Assembly (NCBI RefSeq): GCF_006345805.1
Contig: NW_021829163.1
Span: 1-6,838, forward strand
Reading direction: 5' to 3'
Source: Octopus sinensis
Lineage: Eukaryota
Length of the DNA: 6,838 nucleotides
Each line of letters begins with the position of its first letter. Position 1 is the stretch's first letter. Positions 6,760-6,838 of this stretch are shown piece after piece. Below the pieces are notes generated by a model that was not told the DNA's origin, searched no databases, and saw only the letters and a list, made by a program, of their open reading frames with translations. The translations under genes were made by a program, and so were the position numbers.

Positions 6760-6813
6760 TCACAACCGTCCGACGAACGGGAGCGTGAAACTCCGAGTCA
6801 CAGCTTTTTGTGA
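6760..6813 (+). ncRNA. Type I hammerhead ribozyme motif with one core substitution (U4C)
   Basis: Stem I: TCACA (6760-6764) pairs with TGTGA (6809-6813), and CCGT (6766-6769) with ACAG (6800-6803, 3/4 pairs). Core CCGACGA (6770-6776; canonical CUGANGA). Stem II ACG-GGAG-CGT (6777-6786). GAAA (6787-6790). Stem III ACT-CCG-AGT (6790-6798). GUC triplet, with predicted cleavage after 6799. Confidence 0.72.
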
Positions 6814-6832
6814 TGTTTATAGAGCTTTAATG

Positions 6833-6838
6833 AATAAA
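6833..6838 (+). promoter_or_regulatory. Possible AATAAA polyadenylation signal downstream of the hammerhead
   Basis: Hexamer 20 nt after the ribozyme motif. The DNA is AT-rich and the window ends here, so support is weak. Confidence 0.2.

Overview
Non-coding, repeat-dense eukaryotic DNA (intron or intergenic), probably from Octopus. The organism call rests on recalled similarity of the SINE and MITE families and was not checked against a database. No protein-coding gene is supported: the ORF track comes from microsatellites or SINE sequence, apart from one unassigned minus-strand frame at 1371-1691. Contents: (1) many microsatellites; (2) a 1.3 kb nest (2189-3491) of six elements of one tRNA-derived SINE family, two of them antisense insertions with visible target-site duplications; (3) a seventh copy at 6094-6286 with a perfect 14-bp TSD; (4) a CORE-like tRNA SINE split by an internal 16-bp minisatellite; (5) a mariner-derived MITE retaining the transposase C-terminus; (6) two plus-strand hammerhead ribozyme motifs missed by the ORF track. 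The one at 6760-6813 is an almost complete type I hammerhead with a GUC cleavage site and is the top candidate; the one near 4782 is decayed.
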